Positions 11,912 through 21,845 are shown, counted from the stretch's first letter. The stretch is DNA of 64,000 nucleotides from Gammaproteobacteria bacterium (GCA_029246085.1 JAQWOB010000035.1:12407-76406); one strand, 5' to 3'. The notes: generated by a model not told the origin, from the sequence alone. Numbers and translations: made by a program.

Positions 11912-12745
11912 ATGTATAATTATTTTCATAATTTTGTATTAATTATTTTATTTATAAATGTAACTGCATTTGCTTCACCAGAAGAGGATCAAAAGTTATT
12001 TAGAGATCATTTTGAAAATAGATTTCCTAATACTGAATTCAGTGATTATAAAAATGGAGTTTACTCAATTGATGCATCATCAAGAGAGCAATGGGAATCA
12101 ATAGAAGATTTTCCTCCTTATGAGCTAAATATTGATCAAGGTGAAGAGCTGTTTAATCAACCATTCAAAAATGGTAATACCTATGCGACTTGTTTTGAAA
12201 ATTCAGGCATAGCAGTAAGGCAAAATTATCCTTACTTTGATGAATCTACAAATCAGGTTATGACGCTGGAGCTAGCAATTAATAACTGCAGGAAAAAAAA
12301 TGGTGAGAAGCCCTTGAGTTATTACAAAGGCGGGCCAATGGCTGATATATCTGCTTATATGGCTTATACATCTAGAGGGAATAAATTTGATGTTAAAATA
12401 CCAAATAGCCAAGAAGCTCTCGATGCTTATGAGGCTGGCAAAAAACTCTATTTCACTAAAGTTGGCCAATTAAATTTTTCTTGTGCAGACTGTCATGTAT
12501 ACCAGACAGGTAGTAAATTAAGAGCTGATATTCCAAGTCCAGGCATTGGACACTCTACTCACTTCCCAGCATATAGGTCAGGAGCTGGACGCTTAGTAAC
12601 ATTACATGAAAGATTTGCTGGTTGCTTAAACAGAGTCAGAGCCAAACCTTTTAAAGCACAAAATGAAGAATATAGAAATTTAGAATACTTTATCAGTTAT
12701 ATGAGTAATGGGTTAGAAATAAATGGCCCAGGAAGCAGAAAATAG
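11912..12745 (+). CDS. soxA: SoxA, cytochrome c subunit of SoxAX (monoheme type)
   Basis: 277 aa. Signal peptide, CADCH heme site and a downstream conserved Cys (GCLNRVR). Confidence 0.8.
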   Translation: MYNYFHNFVLIILFINVTAFASPEEDQKLFRDHFENRFPNTEFSDYKNGVYSIDASSREQWESIEDFPPYELNIDQGEELFNQPFKNGNTYATCFENSGIAVRQNYPYFDESTNQVMTLELAINNCRKKNGEKPLSYYKGGPMADISAYMAYTSRGNKFDVKIPNSQEALDAYEAGKKLYFTKVGQLNFSCADCHVYQTGSKLRADIPSPGIGHSTHFPAYRSGAGRLVTLHERFAGCLNRVRAKPFKAQNEEYRNLEYFISYMSNGLEINGPGSRK

Positions 12746-12758
12746 GTATAATTATAGT

Positions 12759-13283
12759 ATGGTAACTAAATTCAATTCATCGAAATTATTATTGATATTA
12801 CTCGCTCCCTTTTTATTTACATCATGTGCAATGATAAGCGGAATAATGCCTGGTACAGATAATGCTGAAGATGGTGAAGTCAAAGAAATTAGCGTAAGTC
12901 AAAAATTACAAATATCAATTCCTATACCAGATAACTCAAAATACCTGACTGATCAAACTATAATATTCGGTGAAGGTGAACGTTTTACTGGTGTATTGCA
13001 TCTAGTTCATGACATATCTGCAGATGAAGTTGTTGAGTTTTATAGAGTGGGCATGAGAGATGATGGATGGTCAGAAATAGCAATTGTTAGAAGTGGATTT
13101 GTTCTAATGAATTTTGATAAAGAAGATAGGTTTGCAACAATTAAAGTGAACCGTGATAGGAATCTAGTATATGACTCATCTTCTTCCGAAGTAACTATAG
13201 GACCTAAAACTGGTACAACTATAAATGGAAGAATAAATACGAACACAGAGACTTCAGAGGATCAACCTTTTACAATTAAATAA
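12759..13283 (+). CDS. Hypothetical lipoprotein
   Basis: Start taken at the internal Met (MVTKFNSSKLLLILLAPFLFTSC, lipobox Cys) just after the soxA stop. No recognisable domain. Confidence 0.5.
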   Translation: MVTKFNSSKLLLILLAPFLFTSCAMISGIMPGTDNAEDGEVKEISVSQKLQISIPIPDNSKYLTDQTIIFGEGERFTGVLHLVHDISADEVVEFYRVGMRDDGWSEIAIVRSGFVLMNFDKEDRFATIKVNRDRNLVYDSSSSEVTIGPKTGTTINGRINTNTETSEDQPFTIK

Positions 13284-13290
13284 ATTTTAT

Positions 13291-14196
13291 TTAATTTATT
13301 CTCTCCACTATTATTTCTACAAGGTCATCAAAGTAAAAATCTCTAAAAAAATGATCAGCACCATCAACTTGATGTAACTCAATATTTTTTTCTTTATCTT
13401 TAGTTGTAACATCCTTAACTATTCCATAAGTATTGGGAACCACAGTATCTTCCGAGGCGGTTATTACATATACTTTCCCTAGAGTATTCAAAAGATGAAG
13501 CTTCAAACCATTATTAAAAAATCGTTTACGGTCGCTATCAGGAAAACGACTCTCATCATCAAGCAAGTAATAATCTAAAAATGAATCACTATAGACAGTT
13601 GCATCTTCACAACCCAAAAAATTAACTTTTAACTTCTTAATCTTCTTATTTACTAGATCATTAAGGTCAATATTATAGTTTTCTTTATATCTATCTACAG
13701 AAGATTTCCAGGTCTCTGATATAGGAGCCAATAAAAACATTGAATTGATAGGCTTTTGATATTTAGAATCCAAACTTTCATAAAAATTAATTATATCTAA
13801 ACCACCCCTAGAATGTCCGATAAGATATATTTTCTCATATCCTATTTTTTTTATATATTCATACCATAAATTTATTTCATCTTGAGAATCTGATTGCTTA
13901 TGCTCATGCTCTATATCGCATGAAAGAAAGTCATTAATCCGATTATTTATTCCATAACTCAAGTTAATAGTAAGACTATCTACTCCATTACTTAAGAGAG
14001 AATCTCTCAATGAGGTCATAAGTTCTAAATTTTGATGTCCACGAGTACCATGAAGAATTATAGCAATAGATTTAGATTTTTCAGACTGAGAAGAATAGAA
14101 GCCATTAAGAACAATTGAATTATATTTAATCTCAACTGGCTCTGCTGAGATATGTATAGAAAATAATACTAAGAATATGATTAAAAAATTCTTCAT
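13291..14196 (-). CDS. Secreted alpha/beta-fold hydrolase
   Basis: Signal peptide from the internal Met (MKNFLIIFLVLFSIHISA). Nucleophile elbow GHSRGG, with later Asp (SEDTVVP) and His (GADHFF) consistent with a catalytic triad. Confidence 0.6.
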   Translation of the reverse strand: MKNFLIIFLVLFSIHISAEPVEIKYNSIVLNGFYSSQSEKSKSIAIILHGTRGHQNLELMTSLRDSLLSNGVDSLTINLSYGINNRINDFLSCDIEHEHKQSDSQDEINLWYEYIKKIGYEKIYLIGHSRGGLDIINFYESLDSKYQKPINSMFLLAPISETWKSSVDRYKENYNIDLNDLVNKKIKKLKVNFLGCEDATVYSDSFLDYYLLDDESRFPDSDRKRFFNNGLKLHLLNTLGKVYVITASEDTVVPNTYGIVKDVTTKDKEKNIELHQVDGADHFFRDFYFDDLVEIIVERIN

Positions 14197-14208
14197 AGCC
14201 TGATTATA

Positions 14209-14281
14209 TAGGGCGTACTGGATTCGAACCAGTGACAAATGGCTTAAAAGGCCACTGCTCTACCAACTGAGCTAACGCCCC
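14209..14281 (-). tRNA. tRNA-Lys (anticodon UUU)
   Basis: The reverse complement folds as a 73-nt cloverleaf: acceptor 7 bp (G1.U72 wobble), D-arm GCTC/AGTTGGTA/GAGC, anticodon loop CTTTTAA, T-arm ACTGG-TTCGAAT-CCAGT. No encoded CCA. Very similar to E. coli tRNA-Lys. Confidence 0.85.
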
Positions 14282-14282
14282 A

Positions 14283-15482
14283 TTATATCTTTTCAAGTGC
14301 TCTGAATTTATTTGGTATTAAATTCAGATCTGCTAATGAAGACCTAAGACTATCAAAAAAACTACAATCTTCATAGACTGCATTATAATATTCTATTTTC
14401 ATTGCGATAGCTGAGCCAATAACTATTGATGTTAATGTTATAAATGACCCTATTGCTAGAGTCGATACTCCTGACACTCCTTGACCAATCGTGCAACCCA
14501 TTGATAGTACACCACCAATACCTATCAGAACAGCACCTATCATATGTCTTTTAAAGTCCTCTTTTGACTGAAACCATTCCATCCTAAAGCTTCTAGACAT
14601 CATGGAGTAGACAAAAGAACCTAAAATAACAGAAAGTAAAGCAGTAACACCGAAGGTCAAATAATAAATATCTGCAGACTTGCTAAAATATATGATGCTT
14701 TCACCCATCGGGTTTATAAATGTAAAAGACTGAACTCCTACACCCGGCAATGGACTATCTAAAAAGTCATTCGTTTCAATCCATTCTTGTCCTAAAGTAG
14801 AACCTGTTAAATACCAAGCAAGGACTACAACGCTTCCTACTATAAAACCACCAATTACATTATCTATATTTTTTACAAAAGAACCGGATCTGAATATATA
14901 ATACATGAAGATAAACCCTACCAGTAAACCTATTGTAAGCTTGTAATACACTGTATTTGCTGTAAATATTATAGACGACATGATTGTAGACAATGATTGA
15001 TCTTCTATCCCTAATATAGCTAAATCAGGGCTAATTGGGTTCATCCAACTATGGAAAATTATTCCATAAAAATCTGTTCTGGTCATTATATATGCCATGA
15101 GGCCCGCTATCAGAAGAACTACTATTGATTTAAGGTTGCCTCCACCAATTCTTATTAAAACTTTATTACCACACCCACTTGCATACGTCATTCCTACGCC
15201 AAACATAAGCCCGCCCAAAACATATCTAGGCCAACTAAAAACAGAGTTTCTGTAAGGTATTCTTGAGTTATTAAGGTCGAAGTATGATAGAAATTCAAAT
15301 ACAGTCACTCCAAGTATTGCAATAGCTGCAGCAAACATCCAAGACTTAAAACGTGATAAATCTCCAATATTAACCCAGTCTGAAACAGCACCCATTGTGC
15401 AAAAATTTGTTTTACTTACAACAAAACCAAGGATAAAACCTAAAATCGCTATGTATGACAATAATAAACCTGAGATTTCCAT
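14283..15482 (-). CDS. YeeE/YedE-family sulfur-containing-compound (thiosulfate) transporter
   Basis: 399 aa polytopic membrane protein with two repeated halves, each bearing a conserved Cys (FCTMGAV and GCTIGQG). Confidence 0.65.
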   Translation of the reverse strand: MEISGLLLSYIAILGFILGFVVSKTNFCTMGAVSDWVNIGDLSRFKSWMFAAAIAILGVTVFEFLSYFDLNNSRIPYRNSVFSWPRYVLGGLMFGVGMTYASGCGNKVLIRIGGGNLKSIVVLLIAGLMAYIMTRTDFYGIIFHSWMNPISPDLAILGIEDQSLSTIMSSIIFTANTVYYKLTIGLLVGFIFMYYIFRSGSFVKNIDNVIGGFIVGSVVVLAWYLTGSTLGQEWIETNDFLDSPLPGVGVQSFTFINPMGESIIYFSKSADIYYLTFGVTALLSVILGSFVYSMMSRSFRMEWFQSKEDFKRHMIGAVLIGIGGVLSMGCTIGQGVSGVSTLAIGSFITLTSIVIGSAIAMKIEYYNAVYEDCSFFDSLRSSLADLNLIPNKFRALEKI

Positions 15483-15562
15483 TCCTACCTATTCCTATCT
15501 ATTCATTTTTTAGTTTTTATAATTATATTAGCAAACAGTAATATAAGCATTACATTTTTTAA

Positions 15563-16231
15563 TTATTTTTTATAAAGTGTTGGATCATCAATTCCGGCAT
15601 CTAAAAAACCTTTTTTTCTAAACTTGCAAGAATCACAGTTACCACAAGCCTCTCCGCTTTTAGATAATGAATAACAGGAAACCGTAGCAGAATAATCCAC
15701 TCCTAGCTTTATTCCTATATTAATTATCTCTGACTTAGTCATACTAACTAATGGAGTTAAAATCTTAAATGGACTCCCTTCCAAAGCAGCTTTTGTTCCT
15801 AAATTTATCATTTTCTCAAAAGATGTTATGAATTCAGGTCTACAGTCTGGGTAACCAGAGTAATCAATTGCATTTACACCTATGAATATATCTTTAATTT
15901 TTAATGTTTCAGCATAAGATGCTGCTATTGATAAGAATATTGTATTTCTAGCCGGAACATAAGTAATTGGAATACCAGTAGACTCTTTAGTTGGCACATT
16001 AAGACTTGAATCAGTTAATGCTGATCCACCTATCTTGGTTAGATCTATATCAAAAATTATATGTTTGACATCAGGATAATTGGATAGAATTTTCTTACTA
16101 GCAATTATTTCATAGTCATGCCTTTGTTTATAATTAATGGTGAGAGCTATAATTTTGTATCCCATAGATCTAGCAATGGCCAATGATGTTGTAGAATCTA
16201 GGCCACCAGAAAAAAGAACCAAAGCATTCAT
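15563..16231 (-). CDS. queC: 7-cyano-7-deazaguanine synthase
   Basis: PP-loop motif LVLFSGGLDSTT and C-terminal Zn Cys cluster (CGNCDSC). Start placed at MNALVLF to abut the queE stop; the ORF track extends it to 16252. Confidence 0.85.
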   Translation of the reverse strand: MNALVLFSGGLDSTTSLAIARSMGYKIIALTINYKQRHDYEIIASKKILSNYPDVKHIIFDIDLTKIGGSALTDSSLNVPTKESTGIPITYVPARNTIFLSIAASYAETLKIKDIFIGVNAIDYSGYPDCRPEFITSFEKMINLGTKAALEGSPFKILTPLVSMTKSEIINIGIKLGVDYSATVSCYSLSKSGEACGNCDSCKFRKKGFLDAGIDDPTLYKK

Positions 16232-16232
16232 A

Positions 16233-16874
16233 TTACTTTCCACGTTCATCACTCCATATAACTTTATGTAACTGAGTCTGTAGTCTAGCTGGAATATTAT
16301 CTTTCAGCATATTTTCAGCAAGGATTTTTATATCCATTTCACCATAACTGGGAGAAAATAAAAGAGTACATTTCTTATATAAATTATATTTAAAAATATA
16401 ATCCTTTGCCCATATATAATCATCTAAGTCACAAATAACAAATTTAATCTGATCTATAGGTTTTAGATATTTATAATTATCTATAATATTTTTATCAGAT
16501 TCCTTTGAAGCTGGTGTTTTAACATCTAATATAATTATTGTTTTATTATCTAACCTTTTTATTGAAACAGCATTACTTGTTTCGATAGAGACATTGTATG
16601 ATAAATCATTCAACATAGTTAAAAGATCGATTGTATTTTTTTGAGATAATGGTTCCCCACCAGTTACTGTAATATTGTTACAATTGAATTTTCGCACCTC
16701 ACCGATTATCTCATCAAAAGTTTTTTTAGATCCTTCCGTAAAGGCATAGGCTGTATCACAATATTGACATCTTAAAGGGCAACCAGTTAACCTGATAAAG
16801 ATTGTAGGCATTCCAGATGATAAACTTTCGCCTTGAATTGAATAAAATATTTCGTTTATGATTAACGTATTCAT
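16233..16874 (-). CDS. queE: 7-carboxy-7-deazaguanine synthase (radical SAM)
   Basis: 213 aa with CPLRCQYCDT radical-SAM motif; adjacent to queC. Confidence 0.85.
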   Translation of the reverse strand: MNTLIINEIFYSIQGESLSSGMPTIFIRLTGCPLRCQYCDTAYAFTEGSKKTFDEIIGEVRKFNCNNITVTGGEPLSQKNTIDLLTMLNDLSYNVSIETSNAVSIKRLDNKTIIILDVKTPASKESDKNIIDNYKYLKPIDQIKFVICDLDDYIWAKDYIFKYNLYKKCTLLFSPSYGEMDIKILAENMLKDNIPARLQTQLHKVIWSDERGK

Positions 16875-16877
16875 AAT

Positions 16878-17375
16878 CTAAATACTTTTGACATTATCAG
16901 GGTTATCTATGTATGTCATTGCATGGCATATAGCAACACCTAGGGCATCAGAAGCATCTATTTCTAATTTACGCCTAATTTTAAGGATGTTTTTAACTTT
17001 TTTTTGAAGCTGTTCTTTGTCAGATGCGCCACTTGCTGTTACAACCATTTTTACCGTTCTAGGGCTATACTCAAAAACTTCTAAAGCCGCTCTACTGCAT
17101 GCACAAATAGCAGCTCCTCTTGCCTGGCCAAGCTTTATAGCTGTTCCTGCATTTACACTAAAAAATACTGATTCGATAGCCACATGTGATGGGTTATATT
17201 CATCTATAATATTATTTGTAGCCTCATTAATCAGCGCAAGTTTAGTTGTATATTTATTCTTTAAACCAGTCTTAATGACTGCATGATGTATATAGGTAAA
17301 ATTATTATCTATAAGTTTAATTAATCCAAATCCAGTAATATTTGTTCCGGGATCAATTCCTAATATAATTATCAT
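16878..17375 (-). CDS. ruvC: Holliday junction resolvase RuvC
   Basis: 165 aa; N-terminal IILGIDPGTNITGFG, typical of RuvC. Confidence 0.85.
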   Translation of the reverse strand: MIIILGIDPGTNITGFGLIKLIDNNFTYIHHAVIKTGLKNKYTTKLALINEATNNIIDEYNPSHVAIESVFFSVNAGTAIKLGQARGAAICACSRAALEVFEYSPRTVKMVVTASGASDKEQLQKKVKNILKIRRKLEIDASDALGVAICHAMTYIDNPDNVKSI

Positions 17376-17380
17376 AAATT

Positions 17381-18094
17381 CTATGAAAGACTAGCGTTCA
17401 TATAAACATTTTGAACGTCATCTAACTCCTCTATTTTACTAGATAAGTCAGAAATCTGTTCCTCATCATCTTTACTCATTTCTATTGTTGTTAGAGCATC
17501 CATAATTATTTCTTCATCAGCTACTTGGACGGTTTTAGATTCAAAATATTTTTTGGTATTAAATAACTCATTAGGTTTTGTAAAAATAATACAGTCAGCA
17601 TCAATCATCTCAAAATCTTCAATATCTACAAAATCCATATGTTCCAGCAAATCATCTTCAGTAACATTTAGTAATTTCATTATTCCAACTTTTCGAAATA
17701 AATGAGATACAGAGCCATTGGTTCCAAGACTACCTCCGTGTTTTGTTAACGCATGCCGTAAGTCAGAAACTGTTCTATTTTTATTATCTGTTAAACATTC
17801 AATTATTACAGCAATACCTTTAGGTCCATAACCTTCATATGTTATTTCCTCAAAATTATCATTATTCTGCCCAGAAGCTTTGTCAATTGCTCTTTTTACT
17901 GTATCTTTTGGAACATTCGCTGCATTAGCTTTAGATAGAGCTAATCTTAATCGTGAGTTACTACTTACATCGGTCCCACCCATTTTAGCAGCAACAGTTA
18001 TTTCCCTGATTACCTTTGTAAAAGTTTTACCTCGTTTATTGTCTTGGGCTTTTTTTCTATGCTGAATATTTGCCCATTTACTATGTCCTGCCAT
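17381..18094 (-). CDS. YebC/PmpR-family transcriptional regulator
   Basis: 237 aa; MAGHSKWANIQHRK N-terminus is diagnostic. Sits in the conserved aspS-yebC-ruvC neighbourhood. Confidence 0.85.
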   Translation of the reverse strand: MAGHSKWANIQHRKKAQDNKRGKTFTKVIREITVAAKMGGTDVSSNSRLRLALSKANAANVPKDTVKRAIDKASGQNNDNFEEITYEGYGPKGIAVIIECLTDNKNRTVSDLRHALTKHGGSLGTNGSVSHLFRKVGIMKLLNVTEDDLLEHMDFVDIEDFEMIDADCIIFTKPNELFNTKKYFESKTVQVADEEIIMDALTTIEMSKDDEEQISDLSSKIEELDDVQNVYMNASLS

Positions 18095-18095
18095 A

Positions 18096-19076
18096 TTAAG
18101 ATGCCTTATTGATAATATTATTTGAGCGAAAATTAACCATTCTATCTATTGGGGTCTTAGCTTTAGCTATTATATCATGCGATAAAGTTATTTCGTTGGA
18201 TTTTGATTTAAATACGTTTAAAACTTTATTAATAGTATTTAAATTCATCCAAGGACACCTCCCGCAACTCTTACATGTGGCACCTTCACCTTCTGTTGGA
18301 GCTTCTAAGAATATTTTTTCAGGTGAATATTTTTTCATCTGATAAAAAATTCCTTTTTCTGTAGCCACGATAATATATTTTTTACTACTACTCTTAGACG
18401 CTTCTATTAATCTAGTTGTTGAGCCTACTACATGAGCCATTTGTATTATGCTTCGTGGGGATTCTGGATGCACAAGAACATCGCTATCTGGATACTCCTT
18501 AATCATCTTTTTTAGTTCGATAGCTTTATATTCTTCATGAACTATACAAGATCCATCCCATAACAGCATGTCTGCACCAGTTTTCTCTAAAATATAATTT
18601 CCAAGATATTTATCAGGCGCCCATATTAATTTTTTACCTAAAGAGGTTAAGTGTTCAATAAGAGAAACTGCCATACTGGATGTAACTACCCAGTCAGCAA
18701 TTGATTTAACTTCTGCGCTTGTATTTGCATATACTACAACCTCTCTATCAGGATGATCATCACAAAATTTTTTGAAACTTATATAATCACAACCAGTATC
18801 AAGAGAACAGGTTGCTTCTATGTCTAACATTAGTATTTTTTTATCTGGGCTGAGAATTTTAGCTGTTTCCCCCATAAATTTTACACCTGCAACTATTAGC
18901 GTGGACTCTTTTTGCTTTGCACCATATCTTGCCATTTCAAGACTATCGCTAACTAGGCCTCCAGTATCTTCTGCCAACCTTTGGACTAATTCGTCAACAT
19001 AATAATGCGCTATAATTTTAGCATTATTATTCTTTAACAAAGACTGTGTTTTTAAAAGAGATTCTTTATAATCCAT
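18096..19076 (-). CDS. nadA: Quinolinate synthase A
   Basis: 326 aa; Fe-S Cys ligands (CKSCGRCPWM); NadA family. Confidence 0.8.
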   Translation of the reverse strand: MDYKESLLKTQSLLKNNNAKIIAHYYVDELVQRLAEDTGGLVSDSLEMARYGAKQKESTLIVAGVKFMGETAKILSPDKKILMLDIEATCSLDTGCDYISFKKFCDDHPDREVVVYANTSAEVKSIADWVVTSSMAVSLIEHLTSLGKKLIWAPDKYLGNYILEKTGADMLLWDGSCIVHEEYKAIELKKMIKEYPDSDVLVHPESPRSIIQMAHVVGSTTRLIEASKSSSKKYIIVATEKGIFYQMKKYSPEKIFLEAPTEGEGATCKSCGRCPWMNLNTINKVLNVFKSKSNEITLSHDIIAKAKTPIDRMVNFRSNNIINKAS

Positions 19077-19079
19077 ATC

Positions 19080-20846
19080 TTATTTTATTGATTTAGTTGT
19101 ATTAATAGATAGCTCACGTAACTGTTTTTCATCTACACTAGATGGCGCATTAGTCAGTAGACATGATGAAGATTGAGTTTTTGGAAAAGCAATTGTCTCT
19201 CGTATAGAATCTAATTCTAATAACAGCATAACTAATCTATCTATTCCAAAAGCTATTCCTCCATGAGGTGGACAACCAAAAGATAATGCTTTTAAGAAAA
19301 ATCCAAATTTTTTATTCATTTCCTCTTCGCTAATATTTAGTAGCTCAAATACTTTCATCTGTATATCTTTCGAATGTATTCTCATAGATCCGCCACCAAT
19401 TTCATTGCCATTCAAAATTAAATCATATGCCCTGGACGGGATTTTATACACATCAGCTTCTGATAAATCATTAAAATTTTTCGGGGAAGTAAATGGGTGA
19501 TGTATAGAGGTGGGATTTCCTTCTGAATCTTGCTCAAAAAGAGGATAGTCCAGAACCCATAAAAACTTCCATCCACCAGATAAAAGATTTAAGCTTGAAC
19601 CCAGGTCTTTTATTAGTGCTGACATAGAACTATTAACAATATCAGTAGAATCTGCAGAGAAAAATATTAAGTCGCCGTTTTTCGCATCAACTTCAGTGAG
19701 AATATTTTGGATAACTTCAGTGTTTAAGAATTTTTTAATTGGAGAAGCAATTCCATTCTCTATGTCAGAAATATCTTCACATTTAAAATACGCAAGACCT
19801 TTTGCTCCAAAATTTTTCACAACTTCCGTGAGATCATCAATATTTTTCCTAGACAAAGAGATGCCACCCGGCACTTTCAAAGCAGCTATCCTGGAGGTTG
19901 AATTATTTACATGATCAGAAAATACTTTAAAGTCTACTCCTTTCACTAATTCTTTAATATCTTTTAAAATTAATGGATTTCTTAGGTCTGGTTTATCACA
20001 GCCATAGTTTTTCAATGCATCATGGTATGACATACGTTCAAAATTTAAATTATCCTTATAATCCATAATATCTTTAAAGATTAAAGCAAATAATTCTTCA
20101 ACTATTTGAATGATTTCTTCTTCATCAGTAAATGATAATTCAACATCAAGCTGTGTAAATTCAGGCTGTCTATCAGACCTTAGATCTTCATCTCTGAAAC
20201 ACTTTGCAATTTGAAAATATTTATCTAATCCACCAATCATCAGGGTTTGTTTAAATAATTGCGGGGATTGAGGTAAAGCAAAGAATTCTTTTGGGTGTAC
20301 TCTACTAGGAACTAAGTAGTCTCTCGCACCTTCTGGAGTTGTTTTCGTTAAAATAGGAGTCTCAATATCAATAAACTCTTTAGAATAAAAATAATTTCTA
20401 ATTATTTGAATAAGTTTTGATCTGAAACGTATAGTCTTTTGCATCTTATCGCTTCTCATGTCTAGATAACGATATTGGAGTCTTTGATCTTCATTGACAT
20501 TGTCATCATTAATTTTGAATGGCGGAGTTTCAGACTTATTTAATATTCGCAAAGAAGATACTATAATTTCGATTTTGCCTGTCGCCAAGTCATCATTAAC
20601 TGTGCCTTCTAATCTAGGATTAACCATTCCTCTTATCTCTATGACAAACTCTGATCTAATGGATTCAGCTTTCATAAAAAGCTCTTTGTCTTCAGGGTTA
20701 AAAACAAGCTGGACAATACCGGTATAATCTCTTAAATCAACAAAAATAATTCCACCATGATCCCTGCGCTTGCCAACCCACCCAGACAACTTAATTTCTT
20801 TGCTTAATATATTTTCAGTTATTTCATTACAATGATAATTTTTCAT
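19080..20846 (-). CDS. aspS: Aspartate--tRNA ligase
   Basis: 588 aa class II aaRS with an N-terminal OB anticodon-binding domain (LSGWVGKRRDHGGIIFVDLRD) and the bacterial GAD insertion. Confidence 0.9.
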   Translation of the reverse strand: MKNYHCNEITENILSKEIKLSGWVGKRRDHGGIIFVDLRDYTGIVQLVFNPEDKELFMKAESIRSEFVIEIRGMVNPRLEGTVNDDLATGKIEIIVSSLRILNKSETPPFKINDDNVNEDQRLQYRYLDMRSDKMQKTIRFRSKLIQIIRNYFYSKEFIDIETPILTKTTPEGARDYLVPSRVHPKEFFALPQSPQLFKQTLMIGGLDKYFQIAKCFRDEDLRSDRQPEFTQLDVELSFTDEEEIIQIVEELFALIFKDIMDYKDNLNFERMSYHDALKNYGCDKPDLRNPLILKDIKELVKGVDFKVFSDHVNNSTSRIAALKVPGGISLSRKNIDDLTEVVKNFGAKGLAYFKCEDISDIENGIASPIKKFLNTEVIQNILTEVDAKNGDLIFFSADSTDIVNSSMSALIKDLGSSLNLLSGGWKFLWVLDYPLFEQDSEGNPTSIHHPFTSPKNFNDLSEADVYKIPSRAYDLILNGNEIGGGSMRIHSKDIQMKVFELLNISEEEMNKKFGFFLKALSFGCPPHGGIAFGIDRLVMLLLELDSIRETIAFPKTQSSSCLLTNAPSSVDEKQLRELSINTTKSIK

Positions 20847-20869
20847 TATTGATATAATTCCACTCAGCG

Positions 20870-21106
20870 TTAAGATTTGTCAGTTGCATTTAATTTCGGT
20901 GACGACTTATCCTCATTAACCTTCTTTCCTTTAAAATCTGTTTCATACCAACCGGACCCTTTAAGTCTAAATCCAGACGAAGATATCAATTTTTTTATTC
21001 CACTTTTTTTGCAAGATTGACATATATCTAAGTCTTTATCGGTTATTTTTTGAAAATTTTCAAAAATTGCACCACATTCATCACATTTGTATTCATAAAT
21101 AGGCAT
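20870..21106 (-). CDS. FmdB-family zinc-ribbon protein
   Basis: 78 aa; MPIYEYKCDECG...CQSC regulatory zinc-ribbon signature. Confidence 0.7.
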   Translation of the reverse strand: MPIYEYKCDECGAIFENFQKITDKDLDICQSCKKSGIKKLISSSGFRLKGSGWYETDFKGKKVNEDKSSPKLNATDKS

Positions 21107-21179
21107 AATTCAATTCACAGCGTAATATTAGGTTTTATTATACAAAAAAAATGAAGTTTTATCTCTAATAAATATAGTG

Positions 21180-21185
21180 TATAAT
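21180..21185 (+). promoter_or_regulatory. Candidate sigma70 -10 hexamer (TATAAT) for the cytochrome c gene pair
   Basis: Perfect TATAAT 18 nt upstream of the ATG at 21203, in a 96-bp divergent intergenic region. The -35 element is weak (TTTTAT). Confidence 0.3.
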
Positions 21186-21202
21186 CCTGGCTTAAATAGA
21201 CT

Positions 21203-21517
21203 ATGAAATCAATGAATAAATTACTTGCCGTAACCTTTGTAATATTATTTGCCTCGCATGCGATTGCAGATGAAATTCATCCAGGGAAAATAAAATCAGA
21301 AACATGCGCTGGCTGTCATGCAATTCCTGGTTATAATAATGTTTATCCTACATACAAGGTTCCCAAGTTAGCAGGTCAACACGCAGATTATATAGTCTCT
21401 GCTTTAAAAGCATATCGTAATAAAGATCGAGATCATAAAACAATGCATGCAAATGCTATAGGATTAAGTGATCAAGATATAAACGATATAGCACAATATT
21501 TTGAGTTATTGAAATGA
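21203..21517 (+). CDS. Monoheme class I cytochrome c (cytochrome c4 half-domain-like)
   Basis: 104 aa; signal peptide, CAGCHA heme site, and a distal Met ligand region. Confidence 0.75.
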   Translation: MKSMNKLLAVTFVILFASHAIADEIHPGKIKSETCAGCHAIPGYNNVYPTYKVPKLAGQHADYIVSALKAYRNKDRDHKTMHANAIGLSDQDINDIAQYFELLK

Positions 21518-21840
21518 AAATAATACAACTATTAATGATTCTTGGTTTAAATTTAATTTCGACAGAATTAGTTTATGCTGATTATAATGCAGGAAAAGCT
21601 AAAGCCGAAGTTTGTGCCGCATGTCATGGTTCAGATGGAAATTCACAAATAACAATATACCCAAAATTAGCTGGACAATACAAGAATTACCTTATCAATA
21701 CTTTGAATGCATATAAATCTGGATCTAGAAAAAATGCAATCATGGGTGGTTTTGCTGTTGGGCTATCTGATCAAGATATAGAAGATTTGTCAGAATACTT
21801 TTCTAAGCAAGATGGCTTGAAAGTATTGCCCATGAAGTAA
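21514..21840 (+). CDS. Monoheme class I cytochrome c (second cytochrome c4 half-domain-like)
   Basis: 108 aa; signal peptide, CAACHG heme site. Overlaps the upstream gene by ATGA. Paralogous to the preceding ORF. Confidence 0.75.
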   Translation: MKIIQLLMILGLNLISTELVYADYNAGKAKAEVCAACHGSDGNSQITIYPKLAGQYKNYLINTLNAYKSGSRKNAIMGGFAVGLSDQDIEDLSEYFSKQDGLKVLPMK

Positions 21841-21845
21841 TAACT

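Noticed and set aside
12723-12758. Upstream extension of the lipoprotein ORF (MAQEAENRYNYS...) overlapping the soxA 3' end
   Set aside because: The extension precedes a perfectly good signal peptide/lipobox start at the internal Met (12759) and would overlap soxA. The shorter start was chosen.
20870-21106. The FmdB-family zinc ribbon as part of the formylmethanofuran/H4MPT system
   Set aside because: The FmdB family name derives from a formamidase-operon regulator, not formylmethanofuran dehydrogenase subunit B. The gene is 34 kb from the H4MPT island and sits in the conserved aspS neighbourhood. The link is a naming coincidence.
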